64,000 bases of DNA from an uncultured Chloroflexia bacterium (lineage in GTDB: Bacteria > Chloroflexota > Limnocylindria > Limnocylindrales > CSP1-4), in assembly GCA_963748625.1 (NCBI GenBank), contig CAVVJT010000007.1, positions 928,001-992,000 on the forward strand, read 5' to 3'. This document shows positions 50,166 through 59,628 of this stretch, one piece after another. Position 1 is the stretch's first letter; each line of letters starts with the position of its first letter. A model generated the notes under the pieces. It saw nothing but the letters and a program-made list of their open reading frames with translations, was not told where the DNA came from and searched no databases. The translations under genes and the position numbers were made by a program.

Positions 50166-51208
50166 CGGACGCCTGCCGGCACGAGGCTCGGCTCGGCGAC
50201 CCGGACGAGGGTTTCCTTCATCAGGAGCGTGACCGTGGCAATCGAGTCGAAGCCCTCCTCCTCCAGCCGGCGGTCCACCGGCGACTCATAGGTTCGCACG
50301 GGGGCAAGGACACCCTGGCGATGCGCCGTCGAAGCGTCCGCGCGTGCGGCGATCTCGCCTAGGGCGAACCGGATCAGCGGCACGATGTCCGCCTCCGGCC
50401 GGGCGAGGATCTTGAGGTAGTGCGGCTGGTCCTCCTTCGACACGCCCACCTGGACGAACGCGTCGAGCTGGGTGCCGTCCGGACCGCCGCCCGGCGCCGC
50501 GAGGACATATGCGAAGACGTCCGCGAAGCGCAGGATCGGCGCGAGGGATGACCGCGGCACGCGCTGGTCACGGCCCTGGCGCTCCCAGTCCGGCAGCCGG
50601 ACGGCCTCAAGGCGCTGGACCGGGCGCGGCGTGACCGAGGCGTACAGGCGGGACACCGCGAGCGCATCGCGGGGCTCGGCCTCGCGGATGCCGGCAGCGG
50701 CAGCGTCCTGCTCGGACAGGGGCGCCGGCAGCGGGACCGATCCCGGTCGGGCGAGCACGTGCTCATCGCCGTAGCGGACGAAGCCCGACTGCATGAAGAG
50801 CTCCACGTTGTCGTCCGCGTCGGCGCAGGCCACGTGGAACCGGGCCGCGCCCCGCTTCGCGCCGTCGCGCTGGAGGTGCTGGACGAGGCGGTAGCGGACG
50901 TCGCCCGCGTCCATGTCGCCCACGGCGTCGAGCTCCACCACGGTCCACTCATCACGCGAGGTGTCGCGCTCCACGCGCAGGAGGCCAGCGATGTGGCCGT
51001 CGCGCTCATACACGTACATCACGTCGTGCGGGGTGAACGCGCCCAGGGGCAGGCGGAACAGCGAGAAGACGCCGATCGGCCGGCCGCTCACCGGCAGCCC
51101 GAGGCTCCGGGTCCCCTCCCCGGCACCCTGGGCGAGCCGCGACAGCTCGCCGAGCGCGGACAGGTCTGTCAGCCGCGCTGCCCGGACCTTGCCCGTGCTC
51201 CTCGCCAC
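50162..51208 (-). CDS. Hypothetical protein, probable tandem GNAT-like fold
   Basis: VRAARLTDL and [12 protein letters not shown]-start motifs; ELFMQSGF and LEEEGF motif B-like; in an operon with pdxST. Confidence 0.7.
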   Translation of the reverse strand: MARSTGKVRAARLTDLSALGELSRLAQGAGEGTRSLGLPVSGRPIGVFSLFRLPLGAFTPHDVMYVYERDGHIAGLLRVERDTSRDEWTVVELDAVGDMDAGDVRYRLVQHLQRDGAKRGAARFHVACADADDNVELFMQSGFVRYGDEHVLARPGSVPLPAPLSEQDAAAAGIREAEPRDALAVSRLYASVTPRPVQRLEAVRLPDWERQGRDQRVPRSSLAPILRFADVFAYVLAAPGGGPDGTQLDAFVQVGVSKEDQPHYLKILARPEADIVPLIRFALGEIAARADASTAHRQGVLAPVRTYESPVDRRLEEEGFDSIATVTLLMKETLVRVAEPSLVPAGVR

Positions 51209-51214
51209 GGCGCC

Positions 51215-51853
51215 CTACCCGTCCATCCGGTCGCGGCGCACCGGGTGCCGCCGCCGCCCGACGCCCTCACCGGGGTCGACGTGCTCGGCGGCCAGCATGG
51301 CCACGAGGCGGTGGAAGCGCGTCTCACCCGCGAGCTCCGGGTGGAACGAGATCGCGATCACGTTGCGCTCCCGGACGGCGACAATGCGCCCGTCGTCAAG
51401 CCTGGCCAGCACATCCACCCCGGGTCCCACGCGCTCGATGATAGGGGCGCGGATGAACACCGCGTGCACGGGCGTGTCGCCCAGCAGGGGCACGATCAGG
51501 TCCGTCTCGAACGAGTCGAGCTGGCGCCCGAAGGCGTTGCGCTCCACGGTGACGTCCAGCAGGGGCAGGATGGGCTCCTCGCCCCCCGCGATCTCCCTGG
51601 CCAGGACGATCATCCCGGCGCAGGTACCGAAGAGCGGGGCGCCGGTCGCGGCCAGGTCCAGGATGGGCTGGCGCATGCCCCAGCGGTCGATGAGCCGACG
51701 CATGGCCGTGCTCTCGCCACCGGGCAGGATCAGGCCATCGACGTCCTCGAGGTCCTTGGGCAGACGCACCTCGACCGCCTCCACGCCGATGGCGCGCAGG
51801 GTGGTCACATGCTCTGCGAAGGCCCCCTGGAGGGCCAGGACACCGATCCTCAT
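51215..51853 (-). CDS. pdxT: PLP synthase glutaminase subunit
   Basis: GVLALQGAFAEH, PGGEST, GTCAG, RNAFGRQ, FIRAP, FHPEL. Confidence 0.97.
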   Translation of the reverse strand: MRIGVLALQGAFAEHVTTLRAIGVEAVEVRLPKDLEDVDGLILPGGESTAMRRLIDRWGMRQPILDLAATGAPLFGTCAGMIVLAREIAGGEEPILPLLDVTVERNAFGRQLDSFETDLIVPLLGDTPVHAVFIRAPIIERVGPGVDVLARLDDGRIVAVRERNVIAISFHPELAGETRFHRLVAMLAAEHVDPGEGVGRRRHPVRRDRMDG

Positions 51854-51890
51854 CGTGCTGCCAGACCCGTCACGGGGCCGGCCGCTCCGA

Positions 51891-52775
51891 CTACCAGCCG
51901 CGGCTCGCGAGCCGCTCGGCCTCCGGGATCGCCGCCATCTCGATGCCGCGCATCGGCGCGCCGAGGCCCTTGGAGACCTCCGCGATGATCTTGGCGTCCG
52001 CGAAGTGCGTCGTGGCCTGGACGATGGCGTTCGCCATGCGGGCGGGATCCTCGGCCTTGAAGATGCCGGAGCCCACGAAGACGCCCTCGGCGCCCAGCTG
52101 CATCACCAGCGCGGCGTCCGCGGGGGTGCTGATGCCGCCCGCGACGAAGTTCACGACCGGGAGCTTCCCCTCGGCGGCGACCTGCTTGACCAGCTCGTAG
52201 GGGGCCTGCAGCTCCTTGGCCGCGACGAAGAGCTCGTCCTCGCGCAAGTGCTGGAGCCGGCGGATCTCGGCCAGGACGTCGCGCAGCTGGTGGACCGCCT
52301 CGACGACGTTGCCGGTGCCGGCCTCGCCCTTCGTGCGCATCATCGCCGCGCCCTCGTTGATCCGGCGCAGGGCCTCGCCGAGGTTCCGGCAGCCGCACAC
52401 GAACGGGACCTTGAAGGCGTGCTTGTCGATGTGGTTGCGCTCGTCCGCGGGGGTGAGGACCTCGGACTCGTCGATGTAGTCGACTCCCAGGGCCTCGAGC
52501 ACCTGCGCCTCGACGAAGTGGCCGATGCGCGCCTTGGCCATGACCGGGATGCTGACCGCCGCCATGATCCCCTCGATCATCGAGGGGTCGGACATGCGCG
52601 CCACGCCGCCGGAGGCGCGGATGTCGGACGGGACGCGCTCGAGCGCCATGACGGCGACGGCGCCCGCCTCTTCGGCGATGACGGCCTGCTCGGGGGTGAC
52701 GACGTCCATGATGACGCCGCCCTTGAGCATCTGGGCGAGGCCCTTCTTGGTGGCCCAGGTGGATGTTTCGGTCAT
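51891..52775 (-). CDS. pdxS: PLP synthase lyase subunit
   Basis: [39 protein letters not shown]; ATG 52775 with GGAGAG SD. Confidence 0.98.
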   Translation of the reverse strand: MTETSTWATKKGLAQMLKGGVIMDVVTPEQAVIAEEAGAVAVMALERVPSDIRASGGVARMSDPSMIEGIMAAVSIPVMAKARIGHFVEAQVLEALGVDYIDESEVLTPADERNHIDKHAFKVPFVCGCRNLGEALRRINEGAAMMRTKGEAGTGNVVEAVHQLRDVLAEIRRLQHLREDELFVAAKELQAPYELVKQVAAEGKLPVVNFVAGGISTPADAALVMQLGAEGVFVGSGIFKAEDPARMANAIVQATTHFADAKIIAEVSKGLGAPMRGIEMAAIPEAERLASRGW

Positions 52776-52925
52776 GGTCGTGGGGCTCTCCGGAGACGCG
52801 TGAGTGGTCGGCCGTCCAGGCTGGCCGCGGGGCGCTGGCCCGTTCGAACCGGTTCGGTCCGACGTCACGGCCGGATTATCGCACGGGCGCGCGCGCACCC
52901 GGTCCGTGGGACCATCGCGCGAGTG

Positions 52926-53315
52926 CTACAGGATGCGCGAGCGGCCCTCGATCCACGCGGTGAGCGCACCCTCGTCGAGGTCGCCCGCCGCGAGCGCAAG
53001 CACCGTTATGAGCGCCTCCTGGTTGCTGGCCGTGAGCTCTACGCCGTTTCGGGCGAGGAAGGCGACCATGACCACGAGAGCGACGCGCTTGTTGCCGTCC
53101 ACGTACGGATGGTCGCGAACGACGCCGTGGGCGTACGAGGCGGCAAGTCGGGCAAGTGACGAGTCCGGCTCGTAATGCCACCGCTGGCGCGGCCGTGCGA
53201 GGGCTGCCTCGAGCGCGTTCTCATCACGAAGGCCATGGGCCCCGCCGTGCTCCCGGACCTGGCGGAAGTGGATCTCATCCACGACGAGACGCCCGAGCCA
53301 CCTCGGCTCAGCCAT
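52926..53315 (-). CDS. doc: Doc/Fic family toxin (type II TA)
   Basis: HGGAHGLRD, HPYVDGNKR Doc-type Fic motif. Confidence 0.93.
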   Translation of the reverse strand: MAEPRWLGRLVVDEIHFRQVREHGGAHGLRDENALEAALARPRQRWHYEPDSSLARLAASYAHGVVRDHPYVDGNKRVALVVMVAFLARNGVELTASNQEALITVLALAAGDLDEGALTAWIEGRSRIL

Positions 53316-53317
53316 CG

Positions 53318-53545
53318 TCAACGGGCGAGCTCACGCAGCGCGGGGCGATAGCGCTTGGCGGCGTCCCGCGCGGCCGCGAGGTCCGCGTCAAGATCCTCCG
53401 TGTAGGGCGTCAGCAGGATGCCCTGCTCGGTCTCGATCGCCAGCACCCGGTCCCCGGGCGCAAGGTCGAGCCGGTCCACCATCTCCTTGGGAAGTGTCGT
53501 GCCGACGGACCCGCCGACGCGGCGAAGGGTGATCGCGCGTGCCAT
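53318..53545 (-). CDS. AbrB/MazE-family antitoxin
   Basis: LRRVGGSVGTTLPKEMVDRLDLAPGD, ILLTPY, YRPALRELA; directly upstream of doc. Confidence 0.92.
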   Translation of the reverse strand: MARAITLRRVGGSVGTTLPKEMVDRLDLAPGDRVLAIETEQGILLTPYTEDLDADLAAARDAAKRYRPALRELAR

Positions 53546-53553
53546 GTGGCGGA

Positions 53554-53575
53554 CAGTAGCACAGACGTGCTACTG
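53554..53575. promoter_or_regulatory. TA operator palindrome overlapping a leaderless -10 element
   Basis: CAGTAGCAC-AGAC-GTGCTACTG perfect 9-4-9; TACTGT (minus strand) lies 7 nt before the antitoxin ATG. Confidence 0.75.
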
Positions 53576-54038
53576 ACTCTTGACAGGGCCCGGGACGGAG
53601 AGATCGGCGCACCCGGCTGCCGGTCCGGTCTCCATGAGCGCCGCCTGTGCCTGCGCCAGTTGCGCTCGCACGTCGGTCCCGTCGTTCGCCCCAGCGCCGA
53701 GTGTCACCTGCACGCCGCGGCTCAGCGCGATCGCCTCCTCGAACTGCGCGAGGTACGCGCCGTAGTCCCCGGGGTTGCGTTTCACCTCAGCGAGGCGGGA
53801 CTCGGCAGCGGCCAGGTTGACATCCGCAGCCTTCAGGAGGTCCGCGACCGCGGCGGCGTCACCTCCACTCAGGGCGTCGATCGCATCGCCCGAGCTGCGA
53901 GTTGCCGATCCGCCCGTAGGCAGCCGCCTCACACATCGGGAGCATCGGCGGCCGCGCGCAGGCTCCGACCGCGAGAGCCATTGTCACCAGCATGGGCAGA
54001 GATACAGCCAGGCCTTTGGTCCAGTCACGCCGCGTCAT
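53570..54038 (-). pseudogene. Lipoprotein gene split by a +1 frameshift near 53890
   Basis: MTRRDWTKG...ALAVGAC lipobox in one frame; GDAIDALSGG helical domain in another; removing one G joins them. Confidence 0.6.
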
Positions 54039-54118
54039 GCGTCGTCGCCACGTTGCCATTCGTCGAGCCTTTGCGGGACCCACGCCCGCATCGTGAACCT
54101 GCGTTCCGGCCGGGTGTC

Positions 54119-54868
54119 TCAGCGGACCAGCGTCTTCACGACCCCCGACATCAGCTGCGTCGCGCGGCGCGCCGTCGTCGGGGAAAGCCGGCTCAATGCC
54201 TCGACCAGGCCCAGCACGTCCTCGTCGGGGAGGCCGTCGAGCAGCGTGACCAGGCGCAGGATCGTGTCGTCGGGGACGTCGCCCAAGAGGCGCACGGCCC
54301 GCTCCAGCTCGGTCGGCTCCAGGCGCGAGACGAGGCCCACGGCGCGGTCGAACAACTGGACGAAGATCAGGAACGTCGAGAGCCAGTCGCGCAGCCGGAG
54401 CAGGTCCGCGTCGCCCGGGCTCCGGGCCAGCGCGACGGATGTGTCGGCCAGCGTGCGCTCGAGGACTTCGACGATGGGGTCGCCCTCGCGCATCTTCCGC
54501 TCGGCGACGACGCGCCCGAACCAGCGCCAGTGATCGCCAACCGCGAGATAGGCGGTGCCGGCGGGACCACGACGTCCGACGCGCCGCGGCTCGGCCACGC
54601 GCTCCACGAGGCCCCAGGATTCGGCTTCGGCGAGGGCGAGGCTGGCGGCGCGGTGGGAGAGGTTGAGGGCCTCGCGGACCTCGCGCTCCGTGAGCGGTTC
54701 GGCGCGGGCCATGAGGTAGGCGTGGACGCGGGCGATGGCCGGGGCGACACCCCAGGCGGCCCCGAGCTCGCCCCAGTCGTTCGCCAGCCGGAGGCGGATC
54801 TCCTCCGCGATGGGCGAGGGCACGCGCAGCGGCGCGTCCGGTGCGGGCAGTGGGGCGGCGTCGGTCAC
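54119..54868 (-). CDS. GbsR/MarR-like winged-helix regulator with C-terminal helical extension
   Basis: WGELGAAWGVAPAIARVHAYL, PLTEREVREALNLSHRAASLAL, WGLVERV. Confidence 0.82.
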   Translation of the reverse strand: MTDAAPLPAPDAPLRVPSPIAEEIRLRLANDWGELGAAWGVAPAIARVHAYLMARAEPLTEREVREALNLSHRAASLALAEAESWGLVERVAEPRRVGRRGPAGTAYLAVGDHWRWFGRVVAERKMREGDPIVEVLERTLADTSVALARSPGDADLLRLRDWLSTFLIFVQLFDRAVGLVSRLEPTELERAVRLLGDVPDDTILRLVTLLDGLPDEDVLGLVEALSRLSPTTARRATQLMSGVVKTLVR

Positions 54869-54936
54869 GTGCGGATCGTAACGCCCGGGGATGAAACCTG
54901 TACCCGCCGGTTAGCAGATTTCCCGTCCGCAACCGG

Positions 54937-55449
54937 TCACTGGGGAGCGCCGAAGAGGATGAGCTGGACGGTCAGGAAGGGGTCCGCGGTGGAATCCACC
55001 TCGACCGTGCACGACGCCACGGTCACCGCCTCGCCCTGCACGGTGAACGTGTAGATCTGCTCCTGCCCGTCAACGTTGACGGGACACTCCCCGGTGAATG
55101 GAGTCCCGAGGATCGCCTCCCAGTCGGCCTGCTCGATGGCGTCGACAAGTCGCGCGATCGCCTGGTCGTCGAGCCGCGTCGACATCCCGTCCGAGGTCTC
55201 CACCGTGCCATCCCGGCTGATCACGGCCTTCATCCCGCAGGGGCCACCGGGACACTCCCCGCCGCGCGTCTCGTACGTGACGAGGACACCGGCCTGCGCT
55301 TCGGTGCTGGAGCCCGGGACGGCTGTGGGCTCGGGTGCGACGGGTGTCGGCGCTGGGCCGCCTGTCGCCGAGGGCGTCGGTGCCGGGCCGCCACATGCGG
55401 CAAGCACGAGCATGGCGACGAGCAGGAGGAGCGGCTTCGCGTTCGGCAT
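54937..55449 (-). CDS. Hypothetical lipoprotein
   Basis: MPNAKPLLLLVAMLVLAAC lipobox; GGECPGGPC and GECP Cys motifs. Confidence 0.75.
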   Translation of the reverse strand: MPNAKPLLLLVAMLVLAACGGPAPTPSATGGPAPTPVAPEPTAVPGSSTEAQAGVLVTYETRGGECPGGPCGMKAVISRDGTVETSDGMSTRLDDQAIARLVDAIEQADWEAILGTPFTGECPVNVDGQEQIYTFTVQGEAVTVASCTVEVDSTADPFLTVQLILFGAPQ

Positions 55450-55486
55450 GGCGTCCCGACGGTACCGCGCCCGGTAGAGTTCCCGC

Positions 55487-56561
55487 ATGGCACCCCGCTT
55501 CGAGCATGGCGCGCTGGACGCGCCCTTCGACATCGCGCGCCGCCAGGTGGAGCACGGCGACGTCCCTTTCGTGGTCCTCGGCATCGCCTGCGCGGACGGC
55601 CTGGTCCGGCTCGAAGCTGTGTCGGCGGCAGAGGGCCTGCGCATCGGCACCAGCGCGGTCTGCCTGCTGGCGTCGATCACGAAGCCCATCACCGCGTCGC
55701 TGGTCATGAGGCTGGCCTCCACGGGGCGGTTCCCGCTCACCGTCCCGCTGGACCGCTGGCTCCCCGAGCTGCCCGCGGCGGGCCTCGCGCCGTTCACGGC
55801 CTGGCACGTGCTGACGCCACACGACCGGCCTGTCCGACATCGACCTGGTCGACCTGGTGATGCGGGGCGGCGGCCGCACGGAGGTCGTCACGGAGACCAT
55901 CGCCAAGGGCCAGGGCTGGGCGCCGGGGAGCCGCTTCCTCTACACGACCTTCTCCTTCGACCTGCTCGCGCTCGCCATCGAGCGGGCGTTGGACCGGCCG
56001 TTCGACACGCTCCTGCGCGAGGAGATCCTCGACCCGCTCGGCATGGTGGACACGTCCTTCGACATGGCGGCATCGGGGGAGCGTCGGGCCCCGGTCGAGT
56101 TCGGCGGCTGGGATGGGACGGTCCGGGCGCTGCCGCCGGGCGTCACCGCCGAGCAGGCGGTCGCGGGGTACGCGGCCCCACGGCTGGCAGGCGGCGGGCT
56201 GTTCTCGACGGCGTCGGACCTGCTGCGCTTCGGGCGGGCGATGCTGCGTGGCGGCGAGCTCGACGGGATGCGGGTGCTGGGGCGGTCGGTGGTGGACCTG
56301 ATGACCCGCGAGGTCACGGTGGGCGGCCTGGGCCGCATGGAGGACCGGCTGACCGACGAGCACTACGCGCTGGGCTGGGGGAAGCGAGGGGTTGTGTCAC
56401 CGGCGTCGGCATCGGCGTTCGGGCACGGCGGGGTGTCTGGGACGCGGCTCTGGATCGATCCCGCGCACGACCTGGTGTTCGTCTACCTCACGGGGAAGTG
56501 GGGCGGCGGGCGCGAGGCGATCGACGAGGTCCTGCTGGCGGTCTACGCAGCGCTCGGCTGA
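55487..56561 (+). pseudogene. Serine hydrolase (beta-lactamase class C-like) split by a +1 frameshift at about 55817
   Basis: LASITK (SxxK); HVLT|HTTGL broken by an extra C; PGSRFLY, AGGGLFST, FGHGG in the next frame. Confidence 0.85.
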
Positions 56562-56581
56562 CGGGTCGAACTGACGACGGA

Positions 56582-56818
56582 CTAGCGGTCGTCGTGGATG
56601 GGGTCGTCCACGGGCCTCGCGCAGCCCAGGACGCGACAGCGGGGCGGGTGGCCCTGGCGCGGTTGCGCGACGCGGACGTGGTAGACGCCCGTCCCGGCAT
56701 CGGTGCCGGTGGTCGCGATCAGCGCCCACTCGTCGGGTGGCGCCTTGAAGGCGTGCGGGCTGGCCGGATCGATGGAGAGGGCGTGGCCCGGTTTCCCGGT
56801 GGTCGGAGGGAAGTGCAT
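56582..56818 (-). CDS. Small hypothetical protein, possible His/Cys metal binder
   Basis: GAGGAG SD; PHAF...CRVLGCARPVDDPIH. Confidence 0.55.
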   Translation of the reverse strand: MHFPPTTGKPGHALSIDPASPHAFKAPPDEWALIATTGTDAGTGVYHVRVAQPRQGHPPRCRVLGCARPVDDPIHDDR

Positions 56819-56923
56819 CGCGGCTCCTCGAGGCGGTGTCCGCGCATGTGACGTTCGGGCGTTGCGGATGTAACGCGCGAGGCGCAGCCTGCGTCACAGC
56901 GATCGGCCGTATCCGCAGGGGTC

Positions 56924-57340
56924 ATGGACGTGTCGAGAGCGCAGCCGGACTGGGAAGCCACACGGGCGATCGTCCAGGCGACGATCGTGGCTGCGTTGCG
57001 GGACTTCGTGGCGGCGTTGCCCGAGGGCCGCTCCATCCGTGTCGAGGCCGACGGGCACGTGGTCCTGGTGCACGACGGGCGCACGTGGCGCTGGTGGGTG
57101 GATCCGGAGGCCACCGGGAACATCGGCACGTTCGTGGACTCGCCGTCCTATGTGCCATGGCAGATCGAGATCTGGGTCCGAGACGATCCACCCCATGCGC
57201 CGGGCATGGCCGAACGCCTGCGGAACGCGGTGTCACCGCACTCGCACGCGACGGGGATCATCCGTGCCGGCGAGGACGACCCGGCCGGCCGCGCGCTCGC
57301 GATCGTGCGCAAGGAGCTCGCGCGCCAGGCATCCCTCTGA
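56924..57340 (+). CDS. Hypothetical protein
   Basis: 138-aa ORF with globular composition that fills the gap. Confidence 0.55.
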   Translation: MDVSRAQPDWEATRAIVQATIVAALRDFVAALPEGRSIRVEADGHVVLVHDGRTWRWWVDPEATGNIGTFVDSPSYVPWQIEIWVRDDPPHAPGMAERLRNAVSPHSHATGIIRAGEDDPAGRALAIVRKELARQASL

Positions 57341-57387
57341 GGGTAAGAGACAGGACAGCAGCGCAGGGCAGAGCGGAGAGAGCAGTC

Positions 57388-58923
57388 ATGCTGACCATCC
57401 ATCGGTTCGCGTTCGCGACTGGCGCGCTCGCCCTGGTCCTGGTGGCATGCGGTACGCCCACGCCAACAAGCCCCGTGACGGCGACGGTGACGACGACAAC
57501 GGCGGAGCCGGCCGGCTCCACGCCCGCCACGACGCCGGACGTGTCGACCCCGGCACCGACGGCCCGGCCGACGTCCGCCGCCGATGCGGGGATCCGCTGG
57601 GTGCGCAGCGGCCTCGGGCTCGAGCTTGGCGTCCTCGAGGTCCCGCTCGACTACGCGGATCCCAGCGGACGACAAATCGTCATCCCGCTCGCGAGGCGCG
57701 TAGCCTCCGACCCGGCGAACCGGATCGGCACGCTGCTGTTCATCGCGGGCGGTCCCGGCGGGGCGGGCACGGACTACGTCCAGCGAGCGCTCAACCTGGG
57801 CCTTCCAGCGGGAATCCTCGAGCGGTTCGACCTCGTCTCCTTCGACCCTCGGGGAACCCCGGCCGGCACGGGCAGCCCCCGGGTGGACTGCGCGATCGGC
57901 GCCGAGGCGCAGACACAGCTCGCGTCACTCACGCCTGCTGATCCGGCGGACCTGGATGTCGCCGACGTCCAGGCATGGACGCCGATCGTCCGGGACGCCT
58001 GTGAGCAGGGCAGCCAGGGCATCCTCCCCTACCTGGACACTGGCAGCACGATCCAGGACATCGAGCGGATCCGGCTGGCGCTGGGAGAGCAGCAGCTGTC
58101 GATCACGGGCCAGTCATGGGGAACGCTCGCTGGCGCGCTATATGCCGACGCACATCCAGACCGGGTGCGGGCGCTGGTGCTCGACGCGCCCTTGGATCCC
58201 GCCCTCGGCCAGCTGGCGTTCACGCGGGACAAGGCCAAGGCGGCGCAGGCCGGCCTCGACGGGTTCCTCGCGTGGTGCGCCGATACGCCGTCATGCGCGT
58301 TCCATTCGGACGGCGACCCACGCGCGGCACTCGACACGCTGCTGGAGTCGCTGATCCGGACACCGGGCGCGCTCACCGCCTACGACGTCGCCGATGGGCT
58401 GTTCCTGGCTCTCCAGGACCACCCGGCCGAGGAGGTGGCCGATGCACTCGCTGCGGCACGGGACGGGGACACGGCGACGATCGCCGGTTGGGCAAGTCCT
58501 GAGAGCAGCCCCCACCTCGGCGAGTACGGTCTCTCCGTCCTCTGCCCTGACCTGGCGGCACCGTCCGAGCCGGCCGAGTACGCCCGCCTGGCCGATGAGC
58601 TCCGATCGAGCGCCCCGGACTACGCCGTGTGGGCGGTGCTTGAGGCCGGGTGCGTGGACTGGCCCCAGGCCGCCGCGCGCGATGTCCAGCCGGTGCGCGC
58701 TGCAGGAGCGCCGCCCATCCTCATCCTGTCCGGGACCGAGGACATGCTCACGCCGCATGCCTGGGCCGAGGCGCTCGAACGGGAGTTGGCCGACGCCACC
58801 CTCCTGACGAGGGCGAGCAAGGATCACGGCAGCCTCTTCCGCGGCGACGCGTGCATCGACGCAGCGGTGGCCGACTACCTGGTCAACCTCGCGATGCCGG
58901 CGAAGGGCACGACCTGCGACTGA
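57388..58923 (+). CDS. TAP-like alpha/beta-hydrolase (peptidase S33) lipoprotein
   Basis: LVAC lipobox; VPLDY, GGPGGAG, FDPRG, GQSWG, HGS. Confidence 0.9.
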   Translation: MLTIHRFAFATGALALVLVACGTPTPTSPVTATVTTTTAEPAGSTPATTPDVSTPAPTARPTSAADAGIRWVRSGLGLELGVLEVPLDYADPSGRQIVIPLARRVASDPANRIGTLLFIAGGPGGAGTDYVQRALNLGLPAGILERFDLVSFDPRGTPAGTGSPRVDCAIGAEAQTQLASLTPADPADLDVADVQAWTPIVRDACEQGSQGILPYLDTGSTIQDIERIRLALGEQQLSITGQSWGTLAGALYADAHPDRVRALVLDAPLDPALGQLAFTRDKAKAAQAGLDGFLAWCADTPSCAFHSDGDPRAALDTLLESLIRTPGALTAYDVADGLFLALQDHPAEEVADALAAARDGDTATIAGWASPESSPHLGEYGLSVLCPDLAAPSEPAEYARLADELRSSAPDYAVWAVLEAGCVDWPQAAARDVQPVRAAGAPPILILSGTEDMLTPHAWAEALERELADATLLTRASKDHGSLFRGDACIDAAVADYLVNLAMPAKGTTCD

Positions 58924-58936
58924 CCGGTGGGCCCGG

Positions 58937-59311
58937 TCAGGCCTCCGGTTCGAGCACGAAGAGATCGCCCCAGTCGGAGCGTTCTGCGATGGAGCCCATC
59001 TTCGCCTTGAGCTCCGCGAGCGCTGCTGGCCGGTCGGCCTCCGCGATCAGGCGCGCGCGGTAGCGCCGCTCGTCGCTCTTGATCCGGAACGCGCAGGCCG
59101 GGTTGGCCTTGAGGTTCGCGGTCCAGCCGCGGTTCTCCTTCGACCCCGACCCGATCAGCACGGTCCCGTCCGCCCGCAGCACGTAACCAAGCGGTGCGGT
59201 GCGGCGCAGCCCGGTCTTCGCGCCCGTGGACGTGAGCATGCCCACCCGGCCGCTCCGGACCATGAGGGAGCCACCGATGGAGTTGAACGCACGGGTGAGG
59301 CGGTTGGGCAC
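58937..59311 (-). CDS. Deazaflavin (F420)-dependent nitroreductase family (DDN-like)
   Basis: LTSTGAKTGLRRTAPL, WTANLKANP; GGAG SD before GTG. Confidence 0.82.
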   Translation of the reverse strand: MPNRLTRAFNSIGGSLMVRSGRVGMLTSTGAKTGLRRTAPLGYVLRADGTVLIGSGSKENRGWTANLKANPACAFRIKSDERRYRARLIAEADRPAALAELKAKMGSIAERSDWGDLFVLEPEA

Positions 59312-59358
59312 GTGAGTCTCCGGGCATGGCATGACAGAGCAGGGCTCCAGTGTGCCAG

Positions 59359-59508
59359 CAGCACGGGTGGTGCTATCGGCACGCAGTCCGGGCGGAATCC
59401 GGCGCCGAAGGGCGGTCCTGGGCCTCATTCCAGCACGGGTCGTGCTGGGCGCGCGGATAGCGACGGGAATCGAGCGCGTTCCGCCCATCGATAGCACCGT
59501 GGAGTCTG
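59359..59508. repeat. Triple palindromic-box element, family 2, copy 2
   Basis: CAGCA-N7-TGCTA 59359, CAGCA-N7-TGCTG 59431, degenerate TAGCA box 59492 (spacing 72, 61). Confidence 0.65.
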
Positions 59509-59539
59509 CACGGCCGTTGACACGGCTCCGTGAGGCACC

Positions 59540-59567
59540 TTGACACGGCGAGTCCCGGTGGTACGCT
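59540..59567 (+). promoter_or_regulatory. Sigma70-type promoter of the BMC operon
   Basis: TTGACA-16 nt-TACGCT with extended -10 TG; a second TTGACACGGC copy at 59517. Confidence 0.7.
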
Positions 59568-59577
59568 CGCAGTGATG

Positions 59578-59612
59578 TGCACAGATGAGCGTTGGTAATG
59601 CTCACTTGAGCA
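59578..59612. promoter_or_regulatory. Tandem SorC-family operator sites
   Basis: TGCTCACTTGAGCA (59599-59612) and TGCACAGATGAGCG (59578-59591), 21 bp apart, just downstream of the promoter. Confidence 0.7.
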
Positions 59613-59628
59613 GTCCACGGGAGAAGCG

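Noticed and set aside
52926-53545. TA module as evidence of a prophage or plasmid
   Set aside because: Solitary chromosomal module with no phage, integrase or replication genes around it
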